A stretch of DNA of 64,000 nt from Octopus sinensis (GCF_006345805.1 NC_043006.1:42780001-42844000), one strand, 5' to 3'. Numbered from the stretch's first letter, positions 36,114 to 48,971 are shown. Numbers and translations are program-made. Notes: generated from the letters alone by a model not told the origin.

Positions 36114-36477
36114 TGTCACTACGGTGATATATAAACATCTTATGAGGATGATTTCATCCAAGTTATATCGGTTTAATATATTACACTGTTGTGAAATATT
36201 ATTTCAATATAAAAATAGGTATATTATAGATATCAAATATGATTAAGTAAGAAAATGGAGGGATTTAATGGATATTCAAAATGCAAACTTATGTTTGTAA
36301 TTTTTATTCAATGTGAATTGAAATAATTGTAGGCCTTATTAAAAATGTTAATAAATTAATTTATATCCATTAAATATCTCCAATTTCTTAATTATATATA
36401 TATATATATACATAATACAAATAAGAAAATGGAGGAACAGATTCATTTCAATCATCGACTTACAGATATTACCAATT

Positions 36478-36605
36478 CATCATCATCATCATCATCATCA
36501 TCATCGTTTAACGTCCGTTCTCCATGCTAGCATGGATTGGACGGTTCAACCGGGGATCTGGGAAGCCAGAAGGCTGCACCAGGCTCCAGTCTTATCTGGC
36601 AATGT
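36478..36605 (-). mobile_element. SINE family C 3' fragment
   Basis: Match to family. Confidence 0.85.
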
Positions 36606-36739
36606 AAGACATATTATTTATTAACTACATAAATAGGAACATCCAAATCCAACAAAATAGGAACATCCAAATCCAACAAAATAAAACAATATACATCAAT
36701 AAGTAAGATAATACCATAAAAATAATACACATAAAATGG

Positions 36740-36863
36740 ATCTTACAGCTGTTTCAGCCCATAGATAAAAGCATCTCATTCTGCCTGTATTAGTCAAATG
36801 TATTGAGGTAATAGGCAGTTGAAAATGTGGTACTTATATATATCTCAAGGCCTCGTCAGAGAT
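36740..36863 (-). ncRNA. Type I hammerhead ribozyme motif, intact core, 97-nt stem II
   Basis: ATCT-CTGACGA-GGCC...GGCT-GAAA-C-AGCT-G-TA-AGAT; stem II arms AGATA/TATCT, AAGTA/TGCTT, CATT/AATG, CTGCCT/AGGCAG. Confidence 0.8.
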
Positions 36864-36894
36864 TATATACCTAGAAAAAACCAAAGTCTTAGTA

Positions 36895-37145
36895 AGTAGG
36901 AAGGCTGACAAATCACAAACCTCTTCAGGTAGATGGCCCTGCTTGATTTGTAGAAAAGGCATAGGTAGAAACTCCATACGATGTACCTGGTGTAAGCTAT
37001 GGACTCATAAAAGGTCCAACAATATCAAAAGAAGGGTAACCGAGAAGATAGTTTTAGTGTGTGGCAGATGCATAGGGGTAATATACACTGAAGATGTACA
37101 GACAACAGATTCCATCATATGCTGGAGGAAAAACTAGAAGTACTT
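36895..37145 (+). mobile_element. RTE-clade LINE fragment (Cys-rich insert after RT)
   Basis: WPCLICRKGIGRNSIRCTWCKLWTHKRS...VCGRC followed by EKLEV. Confidence 0.8.
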
Positions 37146-37535
37146 GATGGCACTAAAAAGCACCATCCGAATGTGGCTGATGCCAGTACCCCCTGACTGG
37201 CTCCTGTACCGATGGCATGTAAAAAGCACGCTCCAAATGTGGTCGATGCCAGGCCCACCTGACTGGCTCCTACACCAGTGGCATGTAAAAAGCACCCACC
37301 ACTCTCTCAGAGTGGTTGGTGTTAGGAAGGGCATCCAGCTGTAGAAGCGTTGCCAGATCAGATTGGAGCCTGGTGCAGCCGCCTGGCTCTCCAGACCACA
37401 GTCAAACAGTCCAACCCATGCTAGCATGGAAAACAGACGTTAAAAACGATGATGATGATGATGATATATACACACATATATCATCATCATCATCATCATC
37501 ATCATCATTTAACGTCCATGTTCCATGCTAGCATG
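37146..37535. mobile_element. SINE family C (plus, 37146-37465) and a tail-to-tail minus fragment (37488-37535)
   Basis: (GAT)n then (CAT)n tails. Confidence 0.85.
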
Positions 37536-37541
37536 CATGGG

Positions 37542-37572
<31 letters not shown>

Positions 37573-38069
37573 ATATTAAATGCACACACACACACACATA
37601 AGTGAATGTGAGTGTGTGTTTATGTGAGTATATGGATGTATAATAATTGATGTTATATTTATTTTTTGTTATTTTATGCCTCATAAATTAGCAGATTAAC
37701 AAACAGAGATAAAATATTAAATAAATACCAAACTGGAGCAAGTAACAGGATCAACACACTTAAGTAAAATCTTTGCGGACAATGCTCCAACATGGCCACA
37801 GTCACATGACAGACACTAGTAAAAAAATATGAAATAAGATACTTTTGTGTATGAAAACTGTCTGAGTGAAAAGATTGTTTTTCATCTATTTATAATGAAT
37901 TATGTGATAAGCTGTCTGATATCCTGTTTCTTGGCTGCTCCCTCACTTCATCTACTTGTAACAAAACCCTTCTCAGCAGTATGTTAGATCAGCCTGACCC
38001 AGGAAAGTGTTCGACAGACCTCTATTATATATTAGGGTTTTAAGCGCCAAAGTTTCTGCATAGCGAAAC

Positions 38070-38398
38070 CAAGGTAAGTAGTTTCCTTACCAACCACATG
38101 GTTCTGGGTTCAGTCCCACTGTAAGGCACCTTGGGCAAGTGTCTTCTACTATAGCCTCGGGCTGACCAAAACCTCGTGAGTGAATTCGGTAGACGGAAAC
38201 TGAAAGAAGCCTGTCATATATATGTATATATGTGTGTGTGTATGTGTGTGTGTGTGTTTGTGTGTCTGTGTTTGTCCCCCTAACGTTGCTTGACAACTGA
38301 TATAGAAGATATTTGCCCAAAGTGCCATGCAGTGGGGCTGAACCCAGAACCATGTGGTCAGTAAGCAAGCTACTTACCACACAGCCACTCCTACGCCT
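38070..38398. mobile_element. SINE family A plus copy fused to an inverted head fragment
   Basis: Plus 38070-38300, minus head 38303-38398. Confidence 0.8.
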
Positions 38399-38779
38399 AC
38401 TATGCACATGCATAAATGATATAATAACATTTAAAAAATACTAATAAAAGTTTCAGATTTTAGCACAAGACCAAAAAGTTAAGGAATTCAATTGCATCAA
38501 CCCCCTAGTGTTTAACTGGTACTTATTTTATCAACCCCAAAAAGGATGAAAGGCAAAGTCAACCTCAGCAAAATTTGAACTCTCAACATAAAGACAGACG
38601 AAATGTTGCTAACAGTAGGCGTAGAGTGGCTGTGTGGTAAGTAACTTGCTTACCAACCACATGGTTCTGGGTTCAGTCTCACTGTGTGGCACCTTGGGCA
38701 AGTGTCTTCTACTATAGCCTCGGGCTGACTAAAGCCTTGTGAATGGATTTGGTAGACGCAAACTGAAAGAAGCCCGTCG

Positions 38780-38817
<38 letters not shown>

Positions 38818-40193
38818 CGTGTGTATATGTTTGTGTGTCTGTGTTTGTCCCCCCAACATCGCTTGACACCCGATGCTGGTGTGTTTACGTCCCCATAACT
38901 TAGCAGTTCAGCAAAAGAGACTGATAGAATAAGTACTAGGCTTACAAAGAATAAGTCCTGGGGGCGATTTTCTCGACTAAAGGCAGTGCTCCAGCATGGC
39001 CGCAGTCAAATGACTGAAACAAGTAAAAGAGTAAAAGAGTCAGCATTTTGTCCAGCATGTTAATGCTTTGGACACCCTAGTTATGAGCTAACAAAGAATG
39101 GACATAAGAAAAACTGTTATGAAGTTCTATATTTATATTTTCTAACCTGACAGGAGTTTGACAGGTCTACAAAGTTTACCATTTACTCGTAAAACAAATT
39201 TGCCTTTAGAGTAATTTTCAAATTACAAAAAGCTGAGACCATTAGCAATGCTAAAGTTTTTATTTTATGAGATAGACATTATATTTCTTACTAATTGGAC
39301 ATTATCGCAGATGTTTTTTGTTGATTTAGTTTCTCCCCCCTTGGGAAAGAATATGGTTTTGTAAATGTAAAATATTATGTACAATATATGTATGTACATG
39401 GGTATGTGTGTTCATGTGTGTTTGTGTGAGCATGTGTGCGTTTGCGTTTGTGTGTGTTTGTGTGTTTATGTTTGTGTGTTTGTGTTTGTGTGTGTATTTG
39501 TGTGTGTGTGTTTGTGTGTGTCTGTTTGTTTGTGCTTGTGTCTGTGTGTGTTTGTTTTTGTGTGTGTGTTTGTCTTTGTGCATGTGTTCTTGTGTGTGTG
39601 TGTTCATGTGTATTTGTGTGTTTGTGTATTTGTGTTTGTGTGTCTGTTTATTTGTGTGTGTGTGTGTGTTTGTGTGTGTCTGTGTTTGTCCCCCTAACGT
39701 TGCTTGACAACTGATATAGAAGATATTTGCCCAAAGTGCCATGCAGTGGGGCTGAACCCAGAACCATGTGGTCAGTAAGCAAGCTACTTACCACACAGCC
39801 ACTCCTACGCCTACTATGCACATGCATAAATGATATAATAACATTTAAAAAATACTAATAAAAGTTTCAGATTTTAGCACAAGACCAAAAAGTTAAGGAA
39901 TTCAATTGCATCAACCCCCCAGTGTTTAACTGGTACTTATTTTATCAACCCCAAAAAGGATGAAAGGCAAAGTCAACCTCAGCAAAATTTGAACTCTCAA
40001 CATAAAGACAGACGAAATGTTGCTAACAGTAGGCGTAGGAGTGGCTGTGTGGTAAGTAACTTGCTTACCAACCACATGGTTCTGGGTTCAGTCTCACTGT
40101 GTGGCACCTTGGGCAAGTGTCTTCTACTATAGCCTCGGGCTGACTAAAGCCTTGTGAATGGATTTGGTAGACGCAAACTGAAAGAAGCCCGTC

Positions 40194-40240
<47 letters not shown>

Positions 40241-41100
40241 CGTGTGTATATGTTTGTGTGTCTGTGTTTGTCCCCCCAACATCGCTTGACACCCGATGCT
40301 GGTGTGTTTACATCCCCATAACTTAGCAGTTCAGCAAAAGAGACTGATAGAATAAGTACTAGGCTTACAAAGAATAAGTCCTGGGGGCGATTTTCTCGAC
40401 TAAAGGCAGTGCTCCAGCATGGCCGCAGTCAATGACTGAAACAAGTAAAAGAGTAAAAGAGTCAGCATTTTGTCCAGCATGTTAATGCTTTGGACACCCT
40501 AGTTATGAGCTAACAAAGAATGGACATAAGAAAAACTGTTATGAAGTTCTATATTTATATTTCCTAACCTGACAGGAGTTTGACAGGTCTACAAAGTTTA
40601 CCATTTACTCGTAAAACAAATTTGCCTTTAGAGTAATTTTCAAATTACAAAAAGCTGAGACCATTAGCAATGCTAAAGTTTTTATTTTATGAGATAGACA
40701 TTATATTTCTTACTAATTGGACATTATCGCAGATGTTTTTTGTTGATTTAGTTTCTCCCCCCTTGGGAAAGAATATGGTTTTGTAAATGTAAAATATTAT
40801 GTACAATATATGTATGTACATGGGTATGTGTGTTCATGTGTGTTTGTGTGAGCATGTGTGCGTTTGCGTTTGTGTGTGTTTGTGTGTTTATGTTTGTGTG
40901 TTTGTGTTTGTGTGTGTGTATTTGTGTGTGTGTGTTGTGTGTGTCTGTTTGTTTGTGCTTGTGTCTGTGTGTGTTTGTTTTGTGTGTGTGTTTGTCTTTG
41001 TGCATGTGTTCTTGTGTGTGTGTGTTCATGTGTATTTGTGTGTTTGTGTATTTGTGTTTGTGTGTCTGTTTATTTGTGTGTGTGTGTGTGTGTTTGTGTG
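38250..41100. repeat. Tandem duplication, period about 1.41-1.42 kb
   Basis: Offsets 1413 (38281 vs 39694) to 1422 (39321 vs 40743); contains SINE A and B copies and a degenerate (TG)n tract at the junction. Confidence 0.95.
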
Positions 41101-41109
41101 TTTCCGTAA

Positions 41110-41149
<40 letters not shown>

Positions 41150-42377
41150 TACTTGATATGTATATACATGGCTGGTTGCATGAATGTATTTTTAACTTAC
41201 ATGTAGATAAACAAATATACGTTCAGACAAATATATGTAAACAGAGGTAGACTGACATATTTGATAGATAGAAAGATAAAGAGAGAGAGGGAGAGAGAGA
41301 GGGAGAGACAGACAGACAGACAGATTGACCGAAAGAGAGAGAGAAGAGGTATAGACAGAGAGATAGATACATAGATAGACAGGTAGATAAATAAGACAGA
41401 TATACAGATGTCGTTTTTCTTAAAACATGAAATACAAAATGTTGCATCTTTTAGAGATACAAGAATGGTTTACAAGAATGCTCAGTATACTGAAGTCACT
41501 GATGCACACACACACGTATGCACGCACGCACACGAACACACAAACACACACCCAAACATATATACAGTGAAACAAAAACAGATATACACATATATATATA
41601 TACAAACACACAGAAACAAATTAAGACATACATAGAGATAGACACTCTTTCTTACACACACACACACAAATATACACACTGACATACATTTACATAGATA
41701 CATACAGAAATACATGAATACACCGACATGCACATACACACACATACATGTAGATAAACACTTAGTCACACACACACACACATATGCAAACACACACATG
41801 CAACTACAAATACAAATTGGCTGAGTCATTAGAGTATTGGACAAAATGTTTTGTTGGACTTGTCTGCACTCTGGGTTCAAATCTCTTCGTGGTCAACTTA
41901 ACTTTTCGTTCTTTTAAGTGTTAATAAAATAAAATTGATCAACTATAGACAGGCAGAGTTACTAGAATGCCAGTTGAGATATCTTACAAATATTTGTTCC
42001 AGCTCTTAAGGTTTAGTAACCTGGCTTGACACCAGCATCTGGCTCCATGGATATCTTTGATAGCCTTGACCATGGCAGTTGCAACATGTCCTGTTCAGCT
42101 ATACAGCTTGGGGTCTAATTTCTCTTGCCTTGGATTTATGGGCAGGTACACAAGTAGGACAGATGGAAAGACAGAGAGACGGATTCGCCATTCAGTTTAT
42201 TGATATGTCTGGCTATTGATGGATGAACGGGTGGATAATGGGTGGTTGAATAGATAAATAGATAGACAGATAGGCAGGTAGAAAGGCACACAGACAAACA
42301 GACAGATAGACAGACAAAAAAGCAGTTAGATAGGTAGATAGATAGATAGATGAATGGATAGATAGATAGATAGATAA

Positions 42378-43423
42378 CTTTCTTTATTAGCCACACAGGG
42401 CTGAAATACAGAGGGGACAAATACAAATGTAGAGCTTTTCTTTTCGAAGATGGAAAAAGAAAAAGGAAACAAAAAAGGAAACAAATGTAAGATTCCGATC
42501 AAAAGGGATTGGAAAAAAAAGGGAAAAAAAGCGATCAAAAGGGATCGTTTATTACAGAAACAAATTTTTTTAACAGTAAGAAACAAGATTAGGTTCATCC
42601 ATGGGAAGAAAAGCCTACAGAAAAGACCACGGTAACCTCAGTCAGGGAGGAAATAAACACATGAGAGCAAAGTGCTCTCTCTCTCTCTCTTTTACGATTT
42701 ACAGGATCATGCTCAAAGTGGTTTCGTCACTCACACGCACCATCTTTGCTACATTCACGCACCTTTTTTTGAAACTTTCACGAGACAAAACCTGCCTCTT
42801 CATTCTCACCTTCCTTTTCAAGTGGTACTTGAAAAAGTGGTACTTGAAAAAGAGTGATTGGCCAGAGAGGTAAGTGTTTGTCTCTAATCCTTTCGCTCGG
42901 GTCCACCACACACATTCTTTCACCATGGCCACCAGTACGATGAAGACTGCCTTGCCTTCCCGGTGGAGGGAAGGGGGTGGAGCAATCTACACAATAGACT
43001 TGGCCAACAGGTGGACTCGTCCCATGCGTGACAGCAGCCGTTCAGCATAAGCCCACAGGTCTGAAATGGTTGGAGACTTCACGAGTGCGTGCAGAAACGG
43101 TTTTATCGCTATGACCGCATCTCGGGCAAGTCAGTCCAGTGTGTCTCGAACCGTGCCTGTAGAACTTATCCCGAACAGGTATTGCTTCTCGATAGCACTG
43201 CCAGGCCAGGGATCTTTGGTGATTGTCCATAGGTCCCAGCCCGAAAGTTGTCCTGAACAGGCGGGTCAGGTGTTCCTCGTCAACGCCCAGATTCTGCCCA
43301 AGAACGTCGTCGCACCTCCCCTCCACTAATCCTCTATAGAACGCCTTGTTGTAATGAAGTCGCACAAGTTTTGTCCCAGACAGCAGAGTTGCTTGAGAGC
43401 AATGCGACACTTGCGGTGCCACT
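42378..43423 (-). mobile_element. 5'-truncated L1/Tx1-clade LINE in a (GATA)n microsatellite
   Basis: SLAWQCYREAIPVRDKFYRHG...CPRCGHSDKTV (zf-RVT-like); 3' aataaagaaag then (TATC)n; (GATA)n on both sides. Confidence 0.85.
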
Positions 43424-43424
43424 A

Positions 43425-43469
<45 letters not shown>

Positions 43470-43615
43470 AAGACAGATGAGTGCATGCTTACATATATTG
43501 ATAGACAGACAGACAAAAGACAGACAGAGAGACAGACAGACAGACGGACGGACGGACGGATAGATAGATAGATTGATAGATAGGTAGATAGATAGATAGA
43601 TAGATAGATAGATAT

Positions 43616-43692
<77 letters not shown>

Positions 43693-43755
43693 AAGATAGA
43701 TAGATGAGTGCATGCTTACATATATTGATAGACAGACAGACAGACAGATAGATCT
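43424..43755. repeat. (GATA)n/(GACA)n microsatellite with an internal duplicated 40-bp segment
   Basis: gatgagtgcatgcttacatatattgatagacagacagac at about 43476 and 43703. Confidence 0.95.
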
Positions 43756-44134
43756 GAAGCTAAATTCATTAACAGACAGAAAGATGGTAAGTTACAATAA
43801 TAAATAATTCAGAAACTCCATTAATGTTCTCTTACTACTAACACAATAAATATTTAAATAAAACGAAGTAACAAAAAAGAAAAAAAAAAGACAGACAAAT
43901 AAGAGCAAACCTAGATATGATAATGTTAATGATCAGATAAAGACTGATAATGCCTCTTAGCAACTTCAGCAACATAATCATTAGCAAAATAGTGAGCCTC
44001 AGTCCTTAAACAGTTAACCTTCAGGTCATAACCACTCAATGACCGGATCCTGTGTTGAAACTAATGCAATAATGTAATAAATTGTAATGGAAACAGATGT
44101 GCAGTTATCGCTACCATCTAATAAAATTATACAG

Positions 44135-44203
<69 letters not shown>

Positions 44204-44306
44204 TATATATAGATATAGATATAGATACAGATAGATAGATGTAGATACATATATACATATACATATATATACACATATGTATATATATATGTATATATGT
44301 ATATAT

Positions 44307-44359
<53 letters not shown>

Positions 44360-44380
44360 ACATCTATCTATCTATATCTA

Positions 44381-44411
<31 letters not shown>

Positions 44412-44859
44412 ATATATATATATTATATATATATATAAATATATACATGCTTACATATATATGCTGCTATCTTTTAAATGATACATGCATATATACATAT
44501 ATATGTACATATGGACACAAACACGCACTACACATATACATGCTTGCACACACAGTCACACACACACGTATACATGTGCACGCAGGCCTCTTAAGCTCAA
44601 AGTGTAAAACTTTCAACTCTTGAGTTATGTAAATTTATTGCTGAAACACACACACACACGGAAGCATGCACATGCACACACACATACTCGCATACACACA
44701 TATGCACACACTTACACACATATACATGTGCACACATTCACATAGATATTATATATTGTTTGTCATATGAATTTAGAAACTTCAAGAGAACTTGAAATAA
44801 TAAGCTTTTTATGATTGAACTTAAAGTAAAAAAAGCTATAAATTATAGCCAGAAAATAT

Positions 44860-45075
44860 TCTTTTCTACTCTAGGCACAAGGCCTGAAATTTTGGGGCAG
44901 AGGGCCAGTCGATTAGATAACCCCAGTATGCAACTGGTACTTAATTTATGAACCCTGAAAGGATGAAAGGCAAAGTCGACCTCGGTGGAATTTCAACTCA
45001 GAACATATAGACAGACAAATTACCGCTATGCATTTTGCCTGGCGTGCTAATGTTTCTGCCAGCTTGCTGCCTTAT
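44860..45075 (-). mobile_element. SINE family B, full length
   Basis: Match to family. Confidence 0.9.
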
Positions 45076-45157
45076 AGCCAGTAAATATTGGGTTAAGATA
45101 TCCTTTGGACAGGAAAAGCTGAAATACATATATATATATATGTGTGTGCATGTGTAT

Positions 45158-45196
<39 letters not shown>

Positions 45197-45276
45197 TTAT
45201 TTGAGGGAATAAAATCCAAACTTACAAGGAAAAAGAATTCAATTTAGAAATACTAAATCAAATTCCACACAATATA

Positions 45277-45508
45277 ATATATATTAAATATTAGAAAAAA
45301 ACCACCTTTTATCAATTCAAAATGAATAATTAAATTACACCATGTAGAAAATTACATATAATAGAAAAGTTAAAATTAAAATAACAATTAAAATAACAAT
45401 TAAATTGTTATTTTAATTTTAACTTTTCTATTATATATAATTTTCTACATGGTGTAATTTAATTATTCAATTTGAATTGATAAAAGGTGGGTTTTTTTCT
45501 AATATTTA

Positions 45509-45515
<7 letters not shown>
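45277..45515. repeat. AT-rich near-perfect palindrome, arms of about 120 bp
   Basis: ttagaaaaaaaccacctttt...gttaaaattaaaataacaat followed by its reverse complement; centre about 45402. Confidence 0.92.
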
Positions 45516-45543
<28 letters not shown>

Positions 45544-46025
45544 GTAATCAATATCAAGCGAACAGGATAACTAAACTCATAGTTATTTCGATTTTGAATG
45601 GATGTACTTGGTGCTAACTTAACTGTATCTATTATTATTATTATTATTATTAATATTAATAGTAATTTATATTGACTTTTATAGGTTTATAATTTTATGA
45701 ACTGAACTATGGTTTTTTTATTATTATTTTCAGGTATAGGGATGATTTTAATTTAAATAGTAGTGCGCATACATCTCCCTATGTGTTAGTTTTTAGAACT
45801 ATTAGCTAAATATGTATAACTGTGCTTATTAATATTAATATATACACTGATATATATTTTGTTTTATTTTGTTTTGTTTACCTTGCATTATTGTACCAAT
45901 GAGTATTATATATATGTGTAGCATTATGGAGTTTATGCACAAGTTTTTATATTTTACATTTTTATATTTTTATATTTATATGTATATGGAAAAATAATTT
46001 TTTTCACAATTATAACAAATTAAAT

Positions 46026-46135
46026 TCTCTGAAGAGGCCGTGGGGCATCCTTGTTAATGCCTCATTTATACCTGCCTTTATGGCTTATAGGTTAAATGAG
46101 GTATGACTGCCCTTACTGCCGAAACAGCTGTCAGA
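46026..46135 (+). ncRNA. Type I hammerhead ribozyme motif, fully canonical core, 85-nt stem II
   Basis: TCT-CTGAAGA(46029-35)-GGC...GCC-GAAA(46121-24)-C-AGCT-G-TC-AGA; G10.1-C11.1; GUC triplet; arms GGGGCA/TGCCCT, CCTCATTTA/TAAATGAGG, ACCT/AGGT. Confidence 0.85.
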
Positions 46136-46524
46136 TATGATATAATTACATATTATATTTTATATTTTATATTTCTATTTCCTTGTCTATTTATATTTAC
46201 TTTATATTTTGTATAATGCCTTTACTGATATGTAATGGTGTAATAAAGTATTGATTGGGTATCATCTGATAGTTGATGTTTTATTGATTTAAGTATGTTT
46301 CTCCATTTTCTAATTTTGTAGTATTAATTTATGGTAATATTATTACCTTTGCCCATATAATACAATAGATGAACTAATTGCTTGGCAATTTTTAACATTT
46401 ATGTATTAGTCTTGTTGGGTACCTATCTAGCAGTATATTGGATATATGTTATCCCATGGTGGGTTGAATTTTTCAACCCCTATCTCATTTTATAACCTAT
46501 ATATATGTTTATATATATACATAT

Positions 46525-46870
46525 TCTTTTACTCTTTTACTTGTTTCAGTCATTTGACTGCAGCCATGCTGGAGCACCGCCTTTAGTCAAGCAAATCGAC
46601 CCTAGGACTTATTCTTTGGAAGCCTAGTACTTATTCTATCACTCTCTTTGCCGAACCGCTAAGTTACGGGGATATAAACACACCACCATCGGTTGTCAAG
46701 CTATGTTGGGGAGACAAACACAGACACACAAACACACACGCACATATATACGATGGGCTTCTTTCAGTTTCCATCTTCTGGTCAGCTCCAGTCAAACCAT
46801 CCAATGAATACCGGATGTTAAGTGATGATGATGATGATGATGATGAGGATGATGATGAGGATGATGAATT
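46525..46870. mobile_element. Truncated SINE A (minus) abutting SINE C tail (plus)
   Basis: Junction at about 46775. Confidence 0.8.
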
Positions 46871-46899
46871 CTTGAGATTATCTCCATTTCTCATTTGCT

Positions 46900-47270
46900 T
46901 ATTCTAGTTTCTCTAGAAACAGAGATAATTTCCATAAATCAAGACGTCCATTTGAGTTTGATGATAATCTCCTTGAAGCATTACTTGAGGAAAATCCTGC
47001 ATTATCAGTTGAAGAAGAATTGGCAATAAAGCTTAGTTCAAACTGTACAACTATTTACCGTCATCTTCAACAACTTGGAAAGGTTCCTAAACTTGGAAAA
47101 TAGGTGCCTCATGAATTGTCTGAAAGCAACAGCAAATCCTGAGTTAACATCTGCTCTTCTTTCCATTTTCGCAAACTCATTTCACCCTTTTTGGATAGAC
47201 TTGTGACTGATGACGATAAATGAATCTTCTATTGAAATGTTAAATGTCATAAACCGTGGCTTGGTAAAAG
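46900..47270 (+). mobile_element. Mariner transposase pseudogene fragment
   Basis: RHLQQLGKVPKLGK*VPHELSE (WVPHEL) and LDRLVTDDDK*IFY (first catalytic D region). Confidence 0.9.
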
Positions 47271-47516
47271 GGAAAAATCTCATTTCAAGTATTCAACAAC
47301 AATATGAGTCTTTGAAGACAGTTGCTCCCATAAATTCCAAAATAAAATTTGGGATTAATGGAGGGTCAAAGTTGGGAACAAAAACAGGGCAGTGGAGACA
47401 TACAAGGAAACTGAACAAAAACAAACATGGACCAGAACAAGAGGAAAATAGTAAACAGTGGGAGAAATATTTTCTTTGAAAAGAGATAGGATAGAAGAGA
47501 GAGAAAGAAAAACGTC

Positions 47517-47552
<36 letters not shown>

Positions 47553-47964
47553 ACATAAAAGAACATGCGAATATTCAATGCACCCCAATTTCAGCAATAT
47601 ATATTCAGGAAAGGAAGTTTTTAGTGCAATCAATATCATATTATTTATAATAAAAAGCAGATATTTTTGATGTTTTTACATACATATTATACATGTAAAT
47701 ATACTCTACTTATTTATTTTAATTAAATAGAAGATTGTGTTTATGTAATTTGGGAATTATTTAATTTATAGTGTTAATGCTAAATTTATATTAAACAATT
47801 TTAATAATTGATCTAATATCATCTTTTATGTATTGAAAAAATTTGTATCACATTTAATAAAAAGAAACCAAAAACTTGAATTATTGGTATTTTGTTAAAA
47901 ATTCACTAATTTAATAATTCTATCTAAATATTACACATTTTTCAAATTTGAAGTAATTATTCAC

Positions 47965-48370
47965 TGGTGTAGGTTTTGATGTATGTTAAGAAGTTTGCTT
48001 TTCAACCACAGGGTTCTGGATTCAGTCCCACTGTATGGCAAGTTTCTTCTATTACAGCCCTGGGATGACCAAAACCTTGTGAGTGGATTTGGTCAATAGA
48101 AACTGAAAGAAGTATGTTAAATGTGCATGTGTGCACAAGCATACGTGTGTGTCTTTGTGTTTGTGTTTGTCCCCTATCATTGCATGACAACCAGCATTGG
48201 TTTGTTTGTGCCCCTGTAACTTAGCAGTTCAGCAAAGAGATTGATAGAATAAGTACAAGTCTTAAGAATAAGTAAGTACTAGAATCGATTTGTTCAACTA
48301 AAATCCCTTCAAGGTAGTGCTCCAGCATTGCCACAATCTAATAACTGAAACCAGCAAAAGGTTAAAGATA
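47965..48370 (+). mobile_element. SINE family A, diverged
   Basis: Match to family. Confidence 0.75.
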
Positions 48371-48543
48371 AAAGATATATAATTTTGTGGGGCTCATCAA
48401 CGAAAATAAGGAAATGCAATTAGAGGGGACATTGGTATTCAGTGCAAATTAACAAATTGGCATTTAATCATGATCAGTTTGGTCTGACAAATGATTTCCT
48501 AAGTGGAATGTGTCCAAATTGAGCCTGGTTACTTAACCCCCGC

Positions 48544-48955
48544 TTTTACTCTTTTACTCTTTTACCTGTTTCAGTCATTTGACTGGGCCATGCTAGAGCA
48601 CTGCCTTTAGTAGAGCAAATCGATCCCAAGACTTATTCTTTGTAAGCCTAGTACTTATTCTATCGGTTTCTTTTGCTGAACAGCTAAGTTATGTGGACAC
48701 CAACACACCAGCATCAGTTGTCAAGCAATGTTGGGGGGACAAACAGACACACAAACATATACACATACAGGCATATAGATATACATATATACGATGGGCT
48801 TCTTTCAGTTTCCATCTACCAAATCCACTCGCAAGGCTTTGGTCGGCCCGAGGCTAAAGTAGAAGACACTTGCCCAAGGTGCCATGCAGTGGGAATGAAC
48901 CCGGAATCATGTGGTTGGTAAGCAAGCTACTTACCACACAGCCACTCCTGTACCT
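48544..48955 (-). mobile_element. SINE family A
   Basis: Match to family. Confidence 0.9.
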
Positions 48956-48971
48956 ACAAAAATGATGAATA

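Noticed and set aside
47305-47380. TTGAAGA followed by a long hairpin
   Set aside because: Both halves of the core are too degenerate to call.
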